From the NCBI GenBank assembly GCA_958295745.1, contig OY282370.1, positions 1,031,990-1,095,989 of the forward strand: a stretch of 64,000 nucleotides of DNA, written 5' to 3'. The first letter of the stretch is position 1, and every line of letters begins with the position of its first letter. A model generated the notes under the pieces. That model was not told the DNA's origin and ran no database searches. It worked only from the letters and a program-made list of their open reading frames with translations. Shown in pieces: positions 1 through 10,187 of this stretch. Source of the stretch: an uncultured Acidimicrobiia bacterium. Lineage in GTDB: Bacteria; Actinomycetota; Acidimicrobiia; Spongiisociales; Spongiisociaceae. The position numbers were made by a program, and so were the translations under genes.

Positions 1-498
1 GTCCAGGATCAGAATCCGGGCGTCCCGGTACAGGGCTTTCAGGATCTCCACCCTTTGCAGCACCCCCACCGGCTGCGTTTCCACCAGCGCCTCCGGGTCC
101 ACCGCCAGCTCGTATCTCTCGGCCAGCTCGGCCACCGACCGGAGGGCGGCCGCCCGGTCCATCAGCACCCCCCGGGTGGGTTCCGCCCGGTACACCACGT
201 TGTCGGCCACGCTCAGGGTCGGAAACAGCCGGAAGGCCTGATGCACCATCCCCATGCCGGCCCGTATGGCGTCCAGGGCCGAGCCGAAGCGGACCCGCTC
301 CCCCCCGACCAGGATCTCTCCCTCGTCGGGCGGGAACAGCCCGTACAGGATGGACATGAGGGTGGTCTTGCCCGCCCCGTTCTCACCCACCACCGCATGG
401 ATGTCGCCGGCTCGAACGGTCAGGTCCACCGCATCGTTGGCGACCACGCCGGGGAACCGCTTGGTTATGCCGCGCAGCTCCAGAGCGGGGGCGGCCAC
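1..498 (-). CDS. Sugar/nucleoside ABC transporter ATP-binding protein (5' part; runs off window start)
   Basis: Manual translation from GTG at 498: MAAPALELRGITKRFPGVVANDAVDL...GENGAGKTTLM (Walker A)...GMGMVHQ...QRVEILKALYRDARILILD. Directly downstream of a BMP lipoprotein gene. Confidence 0.9.
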   Translation of the reverse strand, partial: MAAPALELRGITKRFPGVVANDAVDLTVRAGDIHAVVGENGAGKTTLMSILYGLFPPDEGEILVGGERVRFGSALDAIRAGMGMVHQAFRLFPTLSVADNVVYRAEPTRGVLMDRAAALRSVAELAERYELAVDPEALVETQPVGVLQRVEILKALYRDARILILD

Positions 499-541
499 GG
501 CGGCCCTCGTCTGTTTCGCCTACCGGGCGGCCCCGGCAAAC

Positions 542-1558
542 CTATCCGAACAGGGGATCCGGCACCACTATGGAACCGTCGATGATGCCCTCGGCGGCGG
601 CTTCCACTTCGGCGATGATGTCCGGGTGGTCGGCGATCACGCACTCGCTGGAGGCCAGGTCCGGGTGGAGCGCCATCACCCCGGTGCCGCCCTCCGCCAA
701 GCCGAACGACTCCACCGGCCCGGCTTCGCCGTTGATCACCTTCTCCACCAGCTGGTCGACCAGGGCGTCCACCAGTTTCAGGTTGTTGTCCACGACGCGG
801 CCCGGGGCCGTGGGGCATTCGTTGATGTCCACCCCGTAGGCCAGGAAATCGGCCTCGCCGGCGGCCTCGAACACCCCGCCGTTGGAACCGGCGCCCACCG
901 CGAAGATGTGGTCCGGGCCTTGAGCGGACAGCGACAGCGCCAGCTCCTTGGCGCGGGCCGGGTCGGCGAAGGCGTTCTCGCCGCCTATGAACACCACCGA
1001 GTTCTCCACCGACGCATTGACCGATGCGGCGCCCAGCTCGAAGCTCTGCCACCAGCGCTTGAAGAAGGGGATGTCGAGCGCCACCACCGAGCCGATCTGC
1101 CCGGTCTCGGAGAGGCGGCCCGCCATGATGCCCAGCAGATAGGCGCCCTCATGCTCTCGGAACACGCCGCAGTGCAGGTTGGGGGCCGGATCGTCCGGGC
1201 AGGCGTCGATCAGGATGAACTTCTGATCCGGATTGGCCTTGGAGAATTCGTCTGCCATCTCCAGCAGGGTGAAGGTGGTGAGCACGATTACGTCCGGGGC
1301 TTCATCGATGGCGGCCTCGATGTTGGAGCGCTGCGAGGCAGTGTCGAGGTTGGACTCGAAGGTCTTCGAGGTGCCGCCCAACCGCTCGGCCGCCCGCTCG
1401 GTGCCGACCTCGCCCAGCGCCAGGAACGGGTTGATCCCGATCGGGCCGGGGGTCACGTAGATCAGGTCGATGCCCTCGTCTTCCTCGCCGTCCGCGCAGG
1501 CCGAGGCGATCATGGCCATCGCCAGCACCGCGGCGCCTATCTTCCAGAACCTTTTCAT
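542..1558 (-). CDS. BMP-family (basic membrane protein) ABC substrate-binding lipoprotein
   Basis: Lipobox IASAC; motifs FREHEGAYLLG, F.DPARAKELA, GSNGGVFEAA, GVD typical of Bmp/PnrA nucleoside-binding proteins. Confidence 0.9.
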   Translation of the reverse strand: MKRFWKIGAAVLAMAMIASACADGEEDEGIDLIYVTPGPIGINPFLALGEVGTERAAERLGGTSKTFESNLDTASQRSNIEAAIDEAPDVIVLTTFTLLEMADEFSKANPDQKFILIDACPDDPAPNLHCGVFREHEGAYLLGIMAGRLSETGQIGSVVALDIPFFKRWWQSFELGAASVNASVENSVVFIGGENAFADPARAKELALSLSAQGPDHIFAVGAGSNGGVFEAAGEADFLAYGVDINECPTAPGRVVDNNLKLVDALVDQLVEKVINGEAGPVESFGLAEGGTGVMALHPDLASSECVIADHPDIIAEVEAAAEGIIDGSIVVPDPLFG

Positions 1559-1703
1559 CAGCTTGCCTCCTCGTCATCTGCCGGACCGCCGGGAACCTCC
1601 GGGACCCGCCTCCGGCCGCATCCTCCAATCTACCACCCCCGACCCCCGCGGTTGGTCAAAACCGAGGACGGTTTTCGCACCCGCCTGCGGCGGCCCCGGC
1701 GGG

Positions 1704-2771
1704 TCAGGAGGGCGTGCGGAGCGGGCCGAGGGGGGTGTCCGGGAGGGTTTCTCCCCGGTCCAGGCGGATGATCCGGCGGTCGGTGACGATGGCGGTGATC
1801 AGCTCGGCGGGGGTTACATCGAAGGCCGGATTGGCGGCGGCGGTGTTTTCGGGGGCGGTGGGCACCCCCCGCACCGAGCCTATCTCCGCCGCGCCCCGGT
1901 CCTCGATGGGAATATCGGCGCCCGCCGCGGTGTCCATGTCGATGGTCGATTCGGGGGCCACCACCACGAACGGCACCCCCGCATATCGCGCCCCCAAGGC
2001 CAGCGAAAAAGTGCCGATCTTGTTGGCGGTGTCGCCGTTGGCGACGATCCGGTCCGCCCCCGTCAGCACCACATCCGCCTGGCCGCGGGCCAGGGTGAAA
2101 GGCCCGGCCGAATCCACCAGCAGGCGGTGGGGCGCCCCCATACGGGCCAGCTCCCAGGTGGTCAGGCGGGCGCCCTGCAGCAGCGGCCGGGTTTCCAGAG
2201 CCAGCGCCTCCGCCAGCAGACCCCGTTCGAATACGCTCTGGATGACCGCCAGGGCCGTGCCCCGCTCCACCGTTGCCAGCCCGCCGGTGTTGCAGATGGT
2301 CATGGCCCGCACCTGCGGCCGTTCCACCAGCTCCACCACCAGATCCGCCCCGTATTCCCCCATCGAGACCGAAGCGGCCACCTCCTCGCCCCGGACGGCC
2401 ATGGCCTCGGCCAGCACCGCATCGAAGCCTTCCCCGGCCCTGGCCGCCGCCCGGTCCACCATCCGGGCCAGGTTGACCGCGGTGGGGCGGGCCGCCCGCA
2501 GCGACTCCACCGCCTCCGCCAGCTCCAGCCCGTCCGCACCGTGCTCCCGAACCGCCAGAGCCACCCCGAAGGCCCCGGCCACTCCTATGGCGGGCGCCCC
2601 CCGCACCGAAAGCCGCCGGATGGCCGCCACCATCTCCGGCACGCCGTCGATCCGCAGCAGGCGGTAGCGGTCGGGGAGCAGAGTCTGGTCGACCATCACC
2701 ACCGCGCCGTCGATCCAGTCCAGGGACCGCCCGCCCAGCAGCTCCGCCGCCGGCCGTCCGGATACGGTCAT
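1704..2771 (-). CDS. mtnA: S-methyl-5-thioribose-1-phosphate isomerase
   Basis: DQTLLP, VRGAPAIG, RPTAVNL, TICNTGGLAT, ETRPLLQGARLT, GADRIVANGDTANKIGT, NPAFDVTP. Start taken at ATG 2771 (MTVSG). Confidence 0.95.
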   Translation of the reverse strand: MTVSGRPAAELLGGRSLDWIDGAVVMVDQTLLPDRYRLLRIDGVPEMVAAIRRLSVRGAPAIGVAGAFGVALAVREHGADGLELAEAVESLRAARPTAVNLARMVDRAAARAGEGFDAVLAEAMAVRGEEVAASVSMGEYGADLVVELVERPQVRAMTICNTGGLATVERGTALAVIQSVFERGLLAEALALETRPLLQGARLTTWELARMGAPHRLLVDSAGPFTLARGQADVVLTGADRIVANGDTANKIGTFSLALGARYAGVPFVVVAPESTIDMDTAAGADIPIEDRGAAEIGSVRGVPTAPENTAAANPAFDVTPAELITAIVTDRRIIRLDRGETLPDTPLGPLRTPS

Positions 2772-3120
2772 CTCCACCCGTCCATTCAAACCCGGTCGTT
2801 CATAGCCGGGGCGCTGGGGCGGGGGGCAGGCGCCGCGCAACCTCATGAACCGGGATTATCGGTCGTGACGACATGTCTGTTCCTCGGTCGGAAGCCCCGC
2901 CCGCGGGGTGAAGGAACAGCATACAACCCCGGTGGGACACACAGAGATGCGGGCGGGCCGTCCTTCGGGTGCGGCAATGGTATTTCGCACCCCGCAACCG
3001 GCGCCCCGCCCACCCCCGACCGGCGCCGCTCCATCCCGGCCGCCCCGATTCCATCCCGCCGCGAGCGCGTCCGGGCGGGCCGTTATGATTCTCCGACCCC
3101 TACCGAAGATCGGAGCCCCG

Positions 3121-3612
3121 ATGGAAACCGATGGAACGGTATATCACCCGAGGCCGGAGCGGATGACCGCCGACCAGGTGATCGATCTGCTGGGGCTGGA
3201 ACCGCTGCCCGTCGAAGGGGGGATGTGGGCGCAGACCTGGCGGGACGGCCACGGCTCGGCCATCTATTTCCTGCTGCGTCCGGAGGATTTCTCGGCCATG
3301 CATCGCCTGGACGGGCCCGAGCTGTGGCACCACTATGCGGGGGCGGCGGTGGAAATGCTCCTGCTGTTCCCCGACGGGTCGGTGACCCGCCCGGTGTTGG
3401 GCGGCGACCTGGCGGCGGGGCAGCGGCCGATGGCGGCGGTCCCGGCCGGGGTGTGGATGGGGGCCGCCACCGCAGGCGAATGGTCGCTGGTGGGCGCCAC
3501 CATGGCCCCGCCCTACCATGAGGACGGCTTCGAGCCGGGAGTGTTGTCGGACCTGGCGGGCCGCTACCCGGCGGCGGCCGCCGATATCGCCGCCCTGGTG
3601 AGAGAGGAGTGA
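3121..3612 (+). CDS. Cupin_5/DUF985-family cupin protein
   Basis: LGLEPLPVEGG..., SAIYFLL, HRL...ELWHHYAG, VPAGVW, WSLVG.TMAP. Start could be 3121 or 3163. Confidence 0.88.
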   Translation: METDGTVYHPRPERMTADQVIDLLGLEPLPVEGGMWAQTWRDGHGSAIYFLLRPEDFSAMHRLDGPELWHHYAGAAVEMLLLFPDGSVTRPVLGGDLAAGQRPMAAVPAGVWMGAATAGEWSLVGATMAPPYHEDGFEPGVLSDLAGRYPAAAADIAALVREE

Positions 3613-3614
3613 AG

Positions 3615-4382
3615 ATGGCTGCAGCCCCCGCCCCGGCGGAGATGCTCGATCTGGCGGGCCGGGCGGTGGCGGTGACCGGAGCGGGGGGCGGCATCGGACA
3701 CGGGATCGCTTCCCGGATGCTGGCCGCCGGCGCTTCGGTGGCGGCCCACACCCGCTCCTCTTCCCTGGACAGGCTGCCGGAGGACGGGCGGGTCGTCCGC
3801 GTAACCGCCGATCTGACCGACCCGGACGCACCGGCCCGGGTTGCGTCCGCCGCCCTGGACGCCTTCGGACGGCTCGACGGGCTGGTCAACAACGCCGCCC
3901 TCCAACCGATCAAGCACTTCGCCGAGCTCACCGACCGCGAATGGTCCGAGATGATCGACACCAACCTGACCGCGGTGCACCGCCTCACCCAGGCCTGCGC
4001 GGCGGCCATGAAGGCGGCGGGCAACGGCGGGTCGATCGTCCACATCGCTTCTATCGAAGGGCATCACGCCCCGGTGATGCACGGCCATTACGGGGTGTCC
4101 AAAGCAGGGCTGATAATGCACGCCCGCTCGGCCGCCCTCGCCTACGGGCCGGACGGGATCAGGGTGAACACCGTCTCTCCCGGCCTCATCCACCGCCCCG
4201 GTCTGGAGGACGACTGGCCGGACGGGGTGTCCCGCTGGGGGCGGGCCTGCCCCCTGGGGAGGATGGGCAGCCCGGAGGATGTAGGGGACGCCTGCGTTTT
4301 TCTCTGCTCTGACCTGGCCCGTTGGATCACCGGAGCGGAGCTGGTGGTGGACGGCGGGGTGTCGGTCAGGCCGACCTGGTAA
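3615..4382 (+). CDS. SDR-family oxidoreductase
   Basis: TGAGGGIG, NNAA, YGVSK catalytic motif, IRVNTVSPG. Confidence 0.92.
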   Translation: MAAAPAPAEMLDLAGRAVAVTGAGGGIGHGIASRMLAAGASVAAHTRSSSLDRLPEDGRVVRVTADLTDPDAPARVASAALDAFGRLDGLVNNAALQPIKHFAELTDREWSEMIDTNLTAVHRLTQACAAAMKAAGNGGSIVHIASIEGHHAPVMHGHYGVSKAGLIMHARSAALAYGPDGIRVNTVSPGLIHRPGLEDDWPDGVSRWGRACPLGRMGSPEDVGDACVFLCSDLARWITGAELVVDGGVSVRPTW

Positions 4383-4387
4383 CAGCG

Positions 4388-5161
4388 ATGAAGTTGGCCG
4401 AACGCGTCTATCTGGTCACCGGCGGGGCGGGCGGCATCGGCGCCGGCGTGATTCGGGCCGTCCTCGACGAGGGCGGCCGGGCGGCGGCGGTGGATCTGGA
4501 TCCGGCGGATGCGGAGGCTGCAGCCCGGCGGCTCGACCCGTCCGGAGAGTCGGTGCTGGGGTTGGGGTGCGATGTCACCGACGCCGCCGGGGTGGAGCGG
4601 GCGGTTGCGGACACCCTGGCCCGTTTCGGGCGGCTGGACGGAGCGGTGAACGCGGCCGGGGCGGTGTTCCTGGACGAAGCGTGGGACGCCTCCGCCGAGG
4701 ACTGGAACCGCACCTTCGACATCAACGTGACCGGTTCGTTCCTGGCGGCCCGGGCGGTGGGCCGTCATCTGAAGCAGGCGGGCGGCGGGGCCGTCGTCAA
4801 TGTTTCTTCCAACTGCGGCAAGGCCGGGTACCCGAACATGGCTTCCTACAACGCGTCCAAGTCGGCGGTGATCGGGATGACCAGATCCCTGGCGATGGAG
4901 TGGGCCGCGGACGATATCAACGTGAATGCGGTGTGCCCGGGCGGGGTGGACACCTCCATGCTGGCGGGGGTGGCGGAGTGGCTGTCCCCCCGGGTGGGGG
5001 TCCCCGCCGAGGAGCTGCTGGCCGGGATGGGGCCCGCCCAGCTGCGCCGCAAGGTGACTCCGCTGGAAGTGGGGCGGGTGGTTGCGTTCCTGCTCTCGGA
5101 CGACGCCAAGATCATCCGCGGGCAGTCGATCAGCGTGGACGGCGGCGACACCCCCTACTGA
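4388..5161 (+). CDS. SDR-family oxidoreductase (sugar/polyol dehydrogenase-like)
   Basis: TGGAGGIG, NAAG, YNASK, NVNAVCPGGVDT. ATG 5 nt after the previous stop. Confidence 0.92.
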   Translation: MKLAERVYLVTGGAGGIGAGVIRAVLDEGGRAAAVDLDPADAEAAARRLDPSGESVLGLGCDVTDAAGVERAVADTLARFGRLDGAVNAAGAVFLDEAWDASAEDWNRTFDINVTGSFLAARAVGRHLKQAGGGAVVNVSSNCGKAGYPNMASYNASKSAVIGMTRSLAMEWAADDINVNAVCPGGVDTSMLAGVAEWLSPRVGVPAEELLAGMGPAQLRRKVTPLEVGRVVAFLLSDDAKIIRGQSISVDGGDTPY

Positions 5162-5183
5162 GGGGGCGGGCGAGGAGACGGCG

Positions 5184-7154
5184 GTGGTGGAAGACCGGTG
5201 GCGGGATGAGGAGGCGTCCGGGTTCGAGGGGCGGCTGGGGGAATGCGTGTACGGGTCGCGGCTGCTGGGGGCTGACCCCGGACTGGTGCTCCACGGCGGC
5301 GGCAACACCTCGGTCAAAACGGATTTCATCGACATCACCGGCCGGCGGATCGAGGCTCTGTACGTGAAAGGGTCCGGATGGGATCTGGCCTCCATAGAAG
5401 CGGAGGGGTTCGCGCCGCTGCCGCTGGAAAGGCTGCGGGAGCTGCTGGCCCTGGATTCGCTGTCGGATGTGGAGATGATGAGGGAGCTGGGGGCGGCCCG
5501 CCTGGACCCCGGAGCCCCGATGCCGTCGGTGGAGGCGCTGCTGCACGCCCTGCTGCCCCATCCGGCGGTCCAGCACAGCCATGCGGACCACATCGTCACC
5601 CTTACCAACACCCCGGACGGGGAACGGCTGGTGAGGGAGGCGCTGGGGGCGGGGGTGGTGATCGTCCCCTATGTGATGCCGGGGTTCGACCTGGCCAAGG
5701 CGGTGGCGGAGATGTGGCCGCAGGCCTCCCCGGACGCCGCCGGGATGGTGCTCATGAACCACGGCCTGTTCACTTTCGGACCCGACACCCGCACCGCCTA
5801 CCGCCGCCATATCGAGCTGATCACGCGGGCCGAAAGGTGGCTGGCGGAGGAGGCGCCTATGTCGTCCGGGGGCGGCCCTCCTCTGCCGAAGGTGGACCGG
5901 ACCGTTCTGGCCGATGTGCGGAGGCGGATCTCGCAGGCCGCAGGCCGGGCGATGGTGGTGAGGCGCCATACCGGCGGGGAGGTCTCCCGGTTCGCGGCCC
6001 GACCCGATCTGGAGCATCTGGCCCGGCGGGGCCCTCTCACCCCCGACCACGTGATCAGGACCAAGCCGCTGCCGATGGTGGGGCGGGATGTGGAAGGGTA
6101 TGCGGACAGCTACCGGGAATATTTCGCGGAGTGGCGGGGCAGGGCCCGCACCGAGCCGGTCATGCTGGACCCCGCCCCCAGGGTGGTGCTGGACCCGGAG
6201 ATGGGGATGCTTACCGCAGGCGAGACCGCTCAGGCAGCAGCCGCAGCGGCCGATATCTATCACCACACGATCCCGGTTCTCGAACGGGCGGAGGATCATC
6301 TGGGGGGGTATCGGGCGCTGCCGCCCGGTGATTTGTTCGAGGTGGAGTACTGGGATCTGGAGCAGGCCAAGTTGCGGAGGGCGGGCAATCCGCCCCGGCT
6401 GGCGGGAACGGTTGCGGTGGTGACCGGGGCCGCTTCCGGCATCGGCCGGGCGTGTGCGGCCGAGCTGCTGGAACGGGGGTGTGCGGTGGCCGGTTTCGAC
6501 CTGGACCCGTCGGTCGAGCAGGCGTTCGCGGGGCCGTCCTGGCTGGGGGCGGCAGTGGACGTCACCGACCACCTAGCCCAGGACGAGGCCCTGAACCGGG
6601 TGGTGGAACGGTTCGGCGGGGTGGACATCGCGGTGGCGGCGGCGGGTGTGTTCGGCGATTCGGCGCCGATCGGCGGCCTCGATATGGAGCAGTGGCGGCG
6701 GGTGATGGAAGTGAACCTGGACGCGGCGGCCGCCTTGTTGGCCGGGGTCCATCCACTGCTGATGCGTTCGCCGGTGGGGGGCCGGGTAGTGGTGATCGGC
6801 TCTAGAAACGCGCCCGCCCCCGGCAAGGGCGCCGCCGCCTATTCGGCTTCCAAGGCCGCCCTCACCCAGCTGGCCCGGGTGGCCGCCTTGGAGTGGGCCA
6901 CCGACGGCATCCGGGTCAACATCGTCCACCCAGATGCGGTGTTCGACACCGGCCTCTGGACAGAGGAGCTGCTGGCCGCCCGGGCCGCCGAATACGGAAT
7001 GACCGTGGACGCCTACAAGACCCGCAACCTGCTGGGCAAGGAAGTCACCTCGGACATGGTGGCCGGAGCAGTGGTCGAACTGTGCTCTGACACCTTCTCC
7101 GCCACCACCGCCGCCCAAATCCCCGTAGACGGCGGCCATCCCGGCGCGGTGTGA
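5184..7154 (+). CDS. Bifunctional class II aldolase / short-chain dehydrogenase (RhaEW/YuxG-like)
   Basis: N-terminal LVLHGGGNTSVK, VKGSGWDLA, PSVEALLH, HSH, NHGLFTFG, TPDHVIRTK, EYW.LEQAKL; C-terminal SDR TGAASGIG, YSASK. Confidence 0.92.
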   Translation: MVEDRWRDEEASGFEGRLGECVYGSRLLGADPGLVLHGGGNTSVKTDFIDITGRRIEALYVKGSGWDLASIEAEGFAPLPLERLRELLALDSLSDVEMMRELGAARLDPGAPMPSVEALLHALLPHPAVQHSHADHIVTLTNTPDGERLVREALGAGVVIVPYVMPGFDLAKAVAEMWPQASPDAAGMVLMNHGLFTFGPDTRTAYRRHIELITRAERWLAEEAPMSSGGGPPLPKVDRTVLADVRRRISQAAGRAMVVRRHTGGEVSRFAARPDLEHLARRGPLTPDHVIRTKPLPMVGRDVEGYADSYREYFAEWRGRARTEPVMLDPAPRVVLDPEMGMLTAGETAQAAAAAADIYHHTIPVLERAEDHLGGYRALPPGDLFEVEYWDLEQAKLRRAGNPPRLAGTVAVVTGAASGIGRACAAELLERGCAVAGFDLDPSVEQAFAGPSWLGAAVDVTDHLAQDEALNRVVERFGGVDIAVAAAGVFGDSAPIGGLDMEQWRRVMEVNLDAAAALLAGVHPLLMRSPVGGRVVVIGSRNAPAPGKGAAAYSASKAALTQLARVAALEWATDGIRVNIVHPDAVFDTGLWTEELLAARAAEYGMTVDAYKTRNLLGKEVTSDMVAGAVVELCSDTFSATTAAQIPVDGGHPGAV

Positions 7155-7269
7155 CCATCCCAAGAAATCGGTGCTTCCCCTCCTGCGATTGCTCTATCCC
7201 CGAAGGCGGCCTTGATAGCAACCTGGAGTTGCTCCGAGTTTGTAGACGGTTCTCGGCTTTGGGTTTTAT

Positions 7270-7585
7270 AGGGGGATGTTCCTGATGGGTTCGAGGATGC
7301 AGCGGTGGTTGAACCAGTCGACCCATTCCAGGGTGGCGTACTCGATCTGGTCTCGGTTGCGCCATGGGCCCCCAGTGGTGGATGAGTTCGGTTTTGTAGA
7401 AGCCGAAGGTCCGACTCGGCGAGGGCGTTGTCGAAGAAGGTGTCGAATATCAACAATTATCCCGGCGTAACACAGGGGTTCTCACGCTCCAACGCATTCA
7501 GCCGATCACGCTGTCCAGTGGTCAACCCACCCCCGCAGGCACTGATCACGCCCCGCCTAGCGCACCCAACGCCGCAGCGCCTCCA
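7270..7585 (-). mobile_element. Degenerate, internally deleted IS3-family remnant
   Basis: Minus strand gives OrfA-like EALRRWVR*AGRD...GLTTGQRDRLNALEREN, then OrfB C-terminus DNALAES...FYKTELIH..GPWRNRDQIEYATLEWVDWFNHR, with stops and frameshifts. Confidence 0.8.
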
Positions 7586-7778
7586 GGGGATCATCCGGGG
7601 TCAAATACTCTTCCGTAGCCGCCCTGGTAGTTAGGCGATTACTATTACGGGGATGTGTCCCCTCGGTTACATCCTGGTAGATGCTCTTGGTCTGATCTGA
7701 GGCGGAGATGGTGTTCGGCAAAGCCAACACCGTGACGGCAACGCATCCAGCGGCCAGTATTCTACGGAACCGTACCAT
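7586..7778 (-). pseudogene. 5' fragment of a secreted SLH-type protein, truncated by the IS3 remnant
   Basis: Signal peptide MVRFRRILAAGCVAVTVLAL followed by YQDVTEGTH (SLH-like start), then runs into IS3 OrfA sequence. Confidence 0.5.
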
Positions 7779-7791
7779 CGACTAAGAACAC

Positions 7792-9657
7792 CTAGCCGGT
7801 GGCTGTGATAGGAGGGAGCAGGCAGGTTGCGTATTCGTAGGGTGGTTGCGCCACGCCTGCGACGGCCACGCCGCTGATTGTGATCCTGTAGCAGGGATCG
7901 CCTACTGTTTCCAGGGCGGAGGGCTGGTTGTGGTGGACAGTCCACACGATTGCACTGACAGGGTAGCTATATAGGTGACTCTCGCGGGCTGTTATTTCTA
8001 CTTGGAGGGGTCCGGAATCGTCGGAGACAGCCACCTCCGCGCTGGAGAAGTCGGCATCGGTTAGCGAGAACGACCAGCGTGGCCACACGATTGGGGTAGG
8101 TATGTAGCCGGCGGGCGGCCATGAAACGAACCCGCGCCTCTCACGGACCGCGGACCGGTCGTCATATGAGTCCTGGAAGACATACAGAGCATTCGCGGTA
8201 TTCCCGTGGGAGTTGTCGTCGCCGGTGCCTATCTCTCGGAGGAAGGGGGAGAGTATCCAGCGTCGATGCCCAACTTTAGCGTTGTTGGTGCCGCTGTCCT
8301 CCATATATTGTGTGATGGCCTCTCTTCCTGAAGAACCTAAACCGAGGTTGCTTTTAGCGGCGGCTTCTGCGCCCAAGGGGGTGTAGCAGGCCCAGTCTTC
8401 TCCTGGATGGTGTGATAAGTCACCTTGTGCCGCCATCATCTTTGCTGCTTGTTGCGCGGCTGCTGAATACTCGGTCCGTTCTGTGGTATTGGCTTCCACC
8501 CCGGCAATTCGGCGATACCAGTTCACCCGTTGCACCACGCTGTCTCGAAAGGCTTGGCTGGTGGTTCCCGCAGAGCAACCGTCGGGGTCGCCGGTATAAC
8601 CAGGGTCGGGTCTTACGCTGTTGAATTCGTTCAGGTAGGCGAAGTGAACCGAGGAGCGATCCCAAGTGTCGAACCCCGGGACGGGTACACGAGCGTCCGA
8701 GACCATGGTCCTAGCCAGCGGCGCCGATACGAGGCTGCCCGGGCCCTCATCACTGCGGGCCGCGTCCTGGCGCACCCGCACCATCACTGTGCCTTCATCG
8801 GCTGGCACGATCACAGCCCTATAGGTAGAACCCGAACCCCTGAGCAGATCTACGCTGCCGTTGACAACACGGACGTCATCCGCCGCGAAGCCCGTCACCT
8901 CCTCGCTGAAGGTGATCTCCACCTCGAACGGACCGGTCACCTGCTCCGGCGCGGAAGAGCCGATCCTCACCGACAAGATATACGCGGGTGGTGACGGCTT
9001 GGCCACGAGACCCAAAGCGCGGGCAACGAAACTCGCCATCTGCGCCCTGGTGGTGGCATCACCCGGACAATACGCCGGGCTGAGATCGCATCCTACGGTA
9101 ATACCCGATGCGGCCAGCGCGCTGATATTGCCGCTATGCGTGTTGTCACGGACATCGACGAACACCGATGGAGGCCCGCTGGCCAACCCGAAGGCGCGCC
9201 CCAGGAACGACGCCATCTGCGCCCGGGTAACAGACTCCTCGGGACAGTAACGTTCGTGCGAACAGCCCCTGGTGACACCTAACTCGGCGAGGCGTTCCAC
9301 ATAAGGCAACCACCACTCACCGGCGGCGGCCACATCGACGAATCGCGTGGACTGTACTGCGGGGGGTTCCACACCGTCGATCACCCGCACCAGCCAAACC
9401 GCCATCACCCACCGTTCGATCGGATCGCCGGGACAAAAGGCTTCCGGAGCGCATTGTGTTCCCGACAAGATCCCCTGAGCTGCGAGCGCGTCGATGGCCG
9501 CTTTATGCACTCCCGCCCCGCCTGTATCAGTAAACCCCTCAGACGTGCCAGCGGCGGGGCTGAGCACAACGGACCCCGCCGCCAGAACCGCAGCCACCCA
9601 CACAAAGCCGCCGCGACCAGCAAGCCATCCCCGACCGAGCCGGGACCTGTCAACCAT
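7792..9657 (-). CDS. Secreted SLH x3 + Ig-like (Big) + CAP/SCP domain protein
   Basis: Signal peptide; SLH motifs FTD..., YCPEESVTRAQMASFL, YCPGDATTRAQMASFV; Ig-like ITFSEEVTGF; CAP motifs VNWYRR, LSH, SNL, GHRRWIL. Start uncertain (9657 or 9711). Confidence 0.85.
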   Translation of the reverse strand: MVDRSRLGRGWLAGRGGFVWVAAVLAAGSVVLSPAAGTSEGFTDTGGAGVHKAAIDALAAQGILSGTQCAPEAFCPGDPIERWVMAVWLVRVIDGVEPPAVQSTRFVDVAAAGEWWLPYVERLAELGVTRGCSHERYCPEESVTRAQMASFLGRAFGLASGPPSVFVDVRDNTHSGNISALAASGITVGCDLSPAYCPGDATTRAQMASFVARALGLVAKPSPPAYILSVRIGSSAPEQVTGPFEVEITFSEEVTGFAADDVRVVNGSVDLLRGSGSTYRAVIVPADEGTVMVRVRQDAARSDEGPGSLVSAPLARTMVSDARVPVPGFDTWDRSSVHFAYLNEFNSVRPDPGYTGDPDGCSAGTTSQAFRDSVVQRVNWYRRIAGVEANTTERTEYSAAAQQAAKMMAAQGDLSHHPGEDWACYTPLGAEAAAKSNLGLGSSGREAITQYMEDSGTNNAKVGHRRWILSPFLREIGTGDDNSHGNTANALYVFQDSYDDRSAVRERRGFVSWPPAGYIPTPIVWPRWSFSLTDADFSSAEVAVSDDSGPLQVEITARESHLYSYPVSAIVWTVHHNQPSALETVGDPCYRITISGVAVAGVAQPPYEYATCLLPPITATG

Positions 9658-9774
9658 ATAGCAACTCCAAAAACCAGCCATACAGCAACTCCAAAAACTC
9701 GCTAGCATCAACTTTAGCCCCGGATTCAGCCCTCAGCCCCCAGGCCAGGTCACCGCGTTGGATCTAACGCCGTT

Positions 9775-9845
9775 GACAACGACCCACATTCGGTTCCCTC
9801 AAAGATACCCTCAGCGGCCAAAGCATCAACTGACGACTCGGAAAC
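9775..9845 (-). pseudogene. Isolated SLH-domain fragment
   Basis: SVDALAAEGIFEGTECG resembles AIDALAAQGILSGTQCA in the neighbouring SLH gene; no intact ORF context. Confidence 0.5.
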
Positions 9846-10187
9846 GGCTGACCCTCGATGTGGACACGATTGCATACCTCTCAGTTGGATACAGGTCAAG
9901 GGGACCGTCAAATCGCCGGGCCACCCTAGGCAGGCCACAACCAGACGGTAATTCAAAGACGGACCTTTGTTCGTGAGATGCCTCGACAGAGGACGGGGAA
10001 CCGCCAGGAACGCACCTTGCCAAGCACTTGGAGCGTATCAACTCGGAAGCCAACACTGTGTCGAGGTGCCTGACCCCTGACATATAGCCGAAAGAACCAC
10101 CCGGCGCAGCCGGGCCGACACCGGAAGCTTCGATCCCGGCCGGCGGCCAGCGCGGTCGAAAATCTCCGCAACCGGGCGGGGGGCGGT

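Noticed and set aside
254-3521. 505 aa and 683 aa plus-strand ORFs
   Set aside because: Overlap well-supported BMP, mtnA and cupin genes; Arg/Pro/Gly-rich off-frame composition.
9655-9705. Small local duplications (here, the double start of the LRR gene at 29731-29766, AKSEI twice in OppD)
   Set aside because: Two-copy slippage events with no sign of function.
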